IMG/VR virus record: IMGVR_UViG_3300049629_001336 | Coordinates: 1 to 31,111 of that record | From: a virus | Lineage: Duplodnaviria > Caudoviricetes | Length of the DNA stretch: 31,111 nt | Direction: 5' to 3' (one strand) | Notes under the pieces: generated by a model | The model's input: the letters and a program-made list of their open reading frames with translations, nothing else | Told to the model about the DNA's origin: nothing | Databases searched by the model: none | Program-made: the position numbers and the translations under genes | In this document: one piece after another, positions 27,720 to 31,111 of the stretch | How the letters are laid out: each line of letters begins with the position of its first letter | Position numbering within the stretch: position 1 is the stretch's first letter

Positions 27720-28526
27720 ATGGATTTTACACGAATTAAAATAGTTAAAGATGACATTGATAAGTTTGTTAATATACCAATTAACATGCAATGGGACTTT
27801 ATGGGAAGAGACGATAGCATTCAAGTATATGAAGTTGAAGCCGTTAAAGAGGTTATTGGTTCACCTCAAGATTTCGAAATTATAAGATTTGCACATAATA
27901 TATTTCCAAACATAAATACAGAAATAAATTATGTTTTTAATTTTTATGATTATTCACAACCAATCACCGCAAACACAGTTGGTAACTGGACTGTAAACTA
28001 TCTCAACAACGGATTTTCAGTTACTGATGTTTATTATTTTTCTAAATCTTTCACTAATTCTTTTTTCAAATTAGATTTATACGATACTGATGATGATGCA
28101 ACTCGCCAATTATTTGTTTCAATCATATTACCCGTACAACAAGGTTTAACACAAACAGCTAGTTTATCACCAACACTTCCACCAATAGAAATAAAAAAAC
28201 CTAACATGGTTTTGGATTCCATAGGTAATGATAAAGAGGGTTACTATATCTATTGGTTGAGAAGTAGAGAAATTATAGACATTAATACTTTTTACATGTC
28301 CGCGCAATTTTTTGATGCAATAACAGGAGTCTTCAAACAGATGACAAATACAAGACAAGACCTTCTAACTCCTGATAAATTTAATTACGATCATTCACAA
28401 TACAATTACTATAGAGTAGACTTAGATTATAATACAAAAACTTACGAAGTGTTTTCAACATCAACCAATCTTAGAGTTGGAGATTTGTTAACACCGATAA
28501 CTTGGTATGAATATGTTAACCCATAA
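27720..28526 (+). CDS. Hypothetical protein (268 aa), probably structural
   Basis: Aromatic, beta-rich ORF abutting the previous stop (TAG ATG) and overlapping the next start (TAATG). Confidence 0.7.
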   Translation: MDFTRIKIVKDDIDKFVNIPINMQWDFMGRDDSIQVYEVEAVKEVIGSPQDFEIIRFAHNIFPNINTEINYVFNFYDYSQPITANTVGNWTVNYLNNGFSVTDVYYFSKSFTNSFFKLDLYDTDDDATRQLFVSIILPVQQGLTQTASLSPTLPPIEIKKPNMVLDSIGNDKEGYYIYWLRSREIIDINTFYMSAQFFDAITGVFKQMTNTRQDLLTPDKFNYDHSQYNYYRVDLDYNTKTYEVFSTSTNLRVGDLLTPITWYEYVNP

Positions 28527-29701
28527 TGGAATTACAAGAATATAAATTTGTTATATCACCTGAGAACATCAAAAGTGATTTAGTTTTTGTTCCATATACT
28601 GGCGAAACTGATGTTACTACAATTATTGATCCGTGTTGTTTGACTGCCACTACAATAAGTGCAACAACTACAGGTACAACAGGTGTTTATTTACCTATGT
28701 CTTATTTGTTAAGTGGAAACACAGGTGGTACATCATTTCTTACGGGATTATCAGTTAACATTATGATTACTGAATCTGCGGTTGATTTGGGATATTATAC
28801 ACCTTTTGACGGTTTAGTGGTTCAGTTAGATGTTTTGAACAATTTTATAGTTACCGCAGACACTATTAACCCATATACTTTTAAGTTTTATAATACATCA
28901 GATTTAGAGTTTATTAAGTTTTTACAATTAGTGACTTACACATTGGATTGGGGGGATGGAACACCAACACAAGTCTTATTAGGGATTACGCCTGTCACAC
29001 ACACCTACCCAACTGCGAATACTAATTATGTAATAACACTAACCGCAAACTCACCTTGGGGAATATCAACAGTACAAAAAACAATCACTACCCCATATAG
29101 TGCTGTTACCATAAACAATCCTCTAGGTAACTTAACATTTTATCCTGCTGGAGCTAGTTGGTCGGCAACACCGATAAGTTATGATTATATTTTTACAGGA
29201 GATTCTAATACTAATGTCACAGATTATTATTCTTATAATTACACCACAGTCCCTTTTCCTGTTACAGGAATAACAGAATCAACTGTCAATGATTTAACTC
29301 AATTTGGCCCAAAAACCAATTTGTACGATGGTAAGTTCAAATTGGGTATACAGGTAACAGGTCAAACAGGTGTTGTTGGAACTTTTTACGGTCCTGACAT
29401 TACAAACACATATACCGCTTATACAATTAATGGGGTTATTTATCATGATTATGAAAATTACACAATATATTTTGTTGATTCATACGGTTTAGTACCAGGT
29501 GAAATAGAATTGACGGCCATAACCAAAAATGAGGCTCTCATAAATGTCGTCGATCAACTTGAAGTAGTTACCAATGTTTTTATTGAGAGAGGTAAAAATT
29601 CTCCTTTGGAAAATGTGATGAGGTTAGGTGAGGTTGATAATGTGGGAGATTTAGGAAAATACGGATACAAATATTTTATTATTGAAAAAGTGTCCACATA
29701 A
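28526..29701 (+). CDS. PKD-domain (Ig-like) putative virion protein
   Basis: 391 aa, Thr-rich, with the PKD signature YTLDWGDGT...THTYPTANTNYVITLTA (about 28937-29090). Confidence 0.75.
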   Translation: MELQEYKFVISPENIKSDLVFVPYTGETDVTTIIDPCCLTATTISATTTGTTGVYLPMSYLLSGNTGGTSFLTGLSVNIMITESAVDLGYYTPFDGLVVQLDVLNNFIVTADTINPYTFKFYNTSDLEFIKFLQLVTYTLDWGDGTPTQVLLGITPVTHTYPTANTNYVITLTANSPWGISTVQKTITTPYSAVTINNPLGNLTFYPAGASWSATPISYDYIFTGDSNTNVTDYYSYNYTTVPFPVTGITESTVNDLTQFGPKTNLYDGKFKLGIQVTGQTGVVGTFYGPDITNTYTAYTINGVIYHDYENYTIYFVDSYGLVPGEIELTAITKNEALINVVDQLEVVTNVFIERGKNSPLENVMRLGEVDNVGDLGKYGYKYFIIEKVST

Positions 29702-29702
29702 A

Positions 29703-29709
29703 TATTTAT
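29703..29709 (+). promoter_or_regulatory. TATTTAT motif (candidate late promoter)
   Basis: Lies in the 28-nt gap before the ATG at 29730. Confidence 0.5.
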
Positions 29710-29729
29710 TTAAAAGATTATAAGATAAT

Positions 29730-30635
29730 ATGGCAACAGGAAATTACGGAACGATAAGACCGGCAGATGTTAGTCCCGAGGATGTACAGATAGTAATGGT
29801 ATATACTGAGTCTAGAGACGATACTCAAAACTTTACCCTTACAACACTTGATGCTCAAGATGTTTTGAGACCTTACTTCAATAACCAAGATACTGGAGGA
29901 AGTTCAGTAGAAATTTTGGGTGGTCTTTATAATTTGAAACTTCCTGCAGATCAGTTCACTAAGTTAGGTATCTATACTTTAATGATAAGACCAGCAGAGA
30001 TTAGAACTATAATTACTGACTGCGGTGTTTTATCTTCACTCCCAAATGTTAAGGGTATTGTTATAGACTTGAACAATGTACCCGCCGAATATCAAAATAA
30101 ATTTGTTAATCAAGGGTTGGTAGGGTTTAGAGTGGAGTACTTGAATTCTGATGGGACAAAAATACCAAACTTTTTTAGAATCATAACTTCTTCATTTTAT
30201 TGTGAACCTGTAGTACAAAATCTTACCAACACTATTCAGAAATCAATTAGATATAGGTATGTGCAAGGTGCAACGAACTTACTTTTTTGCACAGTTTCAC
30301 CTTCATCTTCGCCTACAAACAAACCAAGTGCGACTCCATACATTGGACAACCAAACCAAAGTATTATCATAACAAACACATATTTTAATCCAATAACAAC
30401 GGAAATAGAAATAGTCGATCAAGATATTTCAACACTTGCAATTGCACTTTATGGTAATCAAACTAAATCTATGGAAGATGGTATTTACACTATCTACGAT
30501 GCTAATAACAACATTTACAAACAGTACAACTTGTACGAGATTAAAGATCAGTTCAATACTCTTCTTTATGAAGTTAGACAAGATCGTGGTGAAAATATCG
30601 ACTTCTCAAAGGCATTTAATAACATAACGGCTTAA
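29730..30635 (+). CDS. Hypothetical protein (301 aa), probably structural (baseplate/tail)
   Basis: Clean beta-rich ORF preceded by TATTTAT. The stop overlaps the next start (TAATG). No catalytic motif was seen. Confidence 0.7.
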   Translation: MATGNYGTIRPADVSPEDVQIVMVYTESRDDTQNFTLTTLDAQDVLRPYFNNQDTGGSSVEILGGLYNLKLPADQFTKLGIYTLMIRPAEIRTIITDCGVLSSLPNVKGIVIDLNNVPAEYQNKFVNQGLVGFRVEYLNSDGTKIPNFFRIITSSFYCEPVVQNLTNTIQKSIRYRYVQGATNLLFCTVSPSSSPTNKPSATPYIGQPNQSIIITNTYFNPITTEIEIVDQDISTLAIALYGNQTKSMEDGIYTIYDANNNIYKQYNLYEIKDQFNTLLYEVRQDRGENIDFSKAFNNITA

Positions 30636-31111
30636 TGGCGACAAATAAATTTACTTGCCCACCTCAAAGTAGTGCTGCTAACAGCTTCTCCAATAATTTA
30701 GTTGGTGTACAGTTAGTTACAGGTGGAGGTCTAACGCAAGCAAATTTTCAGTTCACAACTGGTATAAGTGAAAAACAAAATAGGACTTTTACTATAGGTA
30801 GTTTTTCCGACCCAATCAATCTTGAGAGTATTAATGTAGAAACAAACGCCGAGGCAGCTGACATACTGGCGAATAATTATAGAGTTTATCCAAATTACGA
30901 TTTATCTCAGGTTACAAACTTTACACAATATGGTTCTTTGGTTAAGAGATTTTCAGTATCTATAACCAAAATTATAAATTATTTTCCTGGTGGTTTAGAG
31001 ATTAATTCCAAAACACCAAAATTTATAACTCAACCAACCGCTATTAATATACAATACGATTCAGTAGAAAATGATACAACTTTTGAAATATATCTTGAAT
31101 CCATACAAAAC
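30635..31111 (+). CDS. 3'-truncated hypothetical protein (not in the supplied ORF track), probably structural
   Basis: ATG at 30635 overlaps TAA. The frame is open to the window end: MATNKFTCPPQSSAANSFSNNLVGVQLVTGGGLTQANF...YGSLVKRFSVSITKIINYFPGG...IYLESIQN. Confidence 0.8.
   Translation, partial: MATNKFTCPPQSSAANSFSNNLVGVQLVTGGGLTQANFQFTTGISEKQNRTFTIGSFSDPINLESINVETNAEAADILANNYRVYPNYDLSQVTNFTQYGSLVKRFSVSITKIINYFPGGLEINSKTPKFITQPTAINIQYDSVENDTTFEIYLESIQN

Noticed and set aside
903-30627. Other short alternative-frame and antisense ORFs of 60-92 aa in the ORF track
   Set aside because: They overlap well-supported + strand genes, show no recognisable motifs, and are of the length expected by chance.
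1-31111. Stop-codon reassignment (TAG or TGA recoding, as in some large gut phages)
   Set aside because: Very long structural ORFs (2355 and 1874 aa) and all enzymes are intact in the standard code, coding density is near complete, and TAA, TAG and TGA all end genes at sensible places.

Overview
This is an AT-rich, densely coding segment with every credible gene on the + strand. It reads as part of a large, T4-like, contractile-tailed phage genome using the standard genetic code, and it is probably a Bacteroidota phage (inferred from the lack of Shine-Dalgarno motifs, the eukaryote/Bacteroidota-type class Ia RNR and the SSB tail). Layout: (1) 1-9148 holds a truncated ORF, a LysM/gp53-like baseplate protein, a 2355-aa putative baseplate hub and two hypothetical proteins. 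(2) 9257-17743 is a terminator-bounded replication/recombination/nucleotide module: gp32-like SSB, small ORF, RecA/UvsX, 5'-3' exonuclease, ORF, DnaB/gp41 helicase, nrdB, nrdA. (3) 17814-31111 returns to baseplate/tail genes: gp25-like, gp6-like, a 1874-aa protein, four further putative structural ORFs (one with a PKD domain) and a truncated ORF. The most notable observations are an apparently nested ('Russian-doll') triple domain insertion and a degenerate lysozyme-like C-terminus in the hub, a ~120-aa membrane-type segment followed by CxxCxCxC in the 1874-aa protein, a recurring intergenic TATTTAT motif (candidate phage late promoter), and a Cys-free gp32-like SSB ending in a bacterial SSB-type tail. 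No tRNA, rRNA, CRISPR array, intron or mobile element was recognised. All family calls come from motif recognition by eye, not from database searches.
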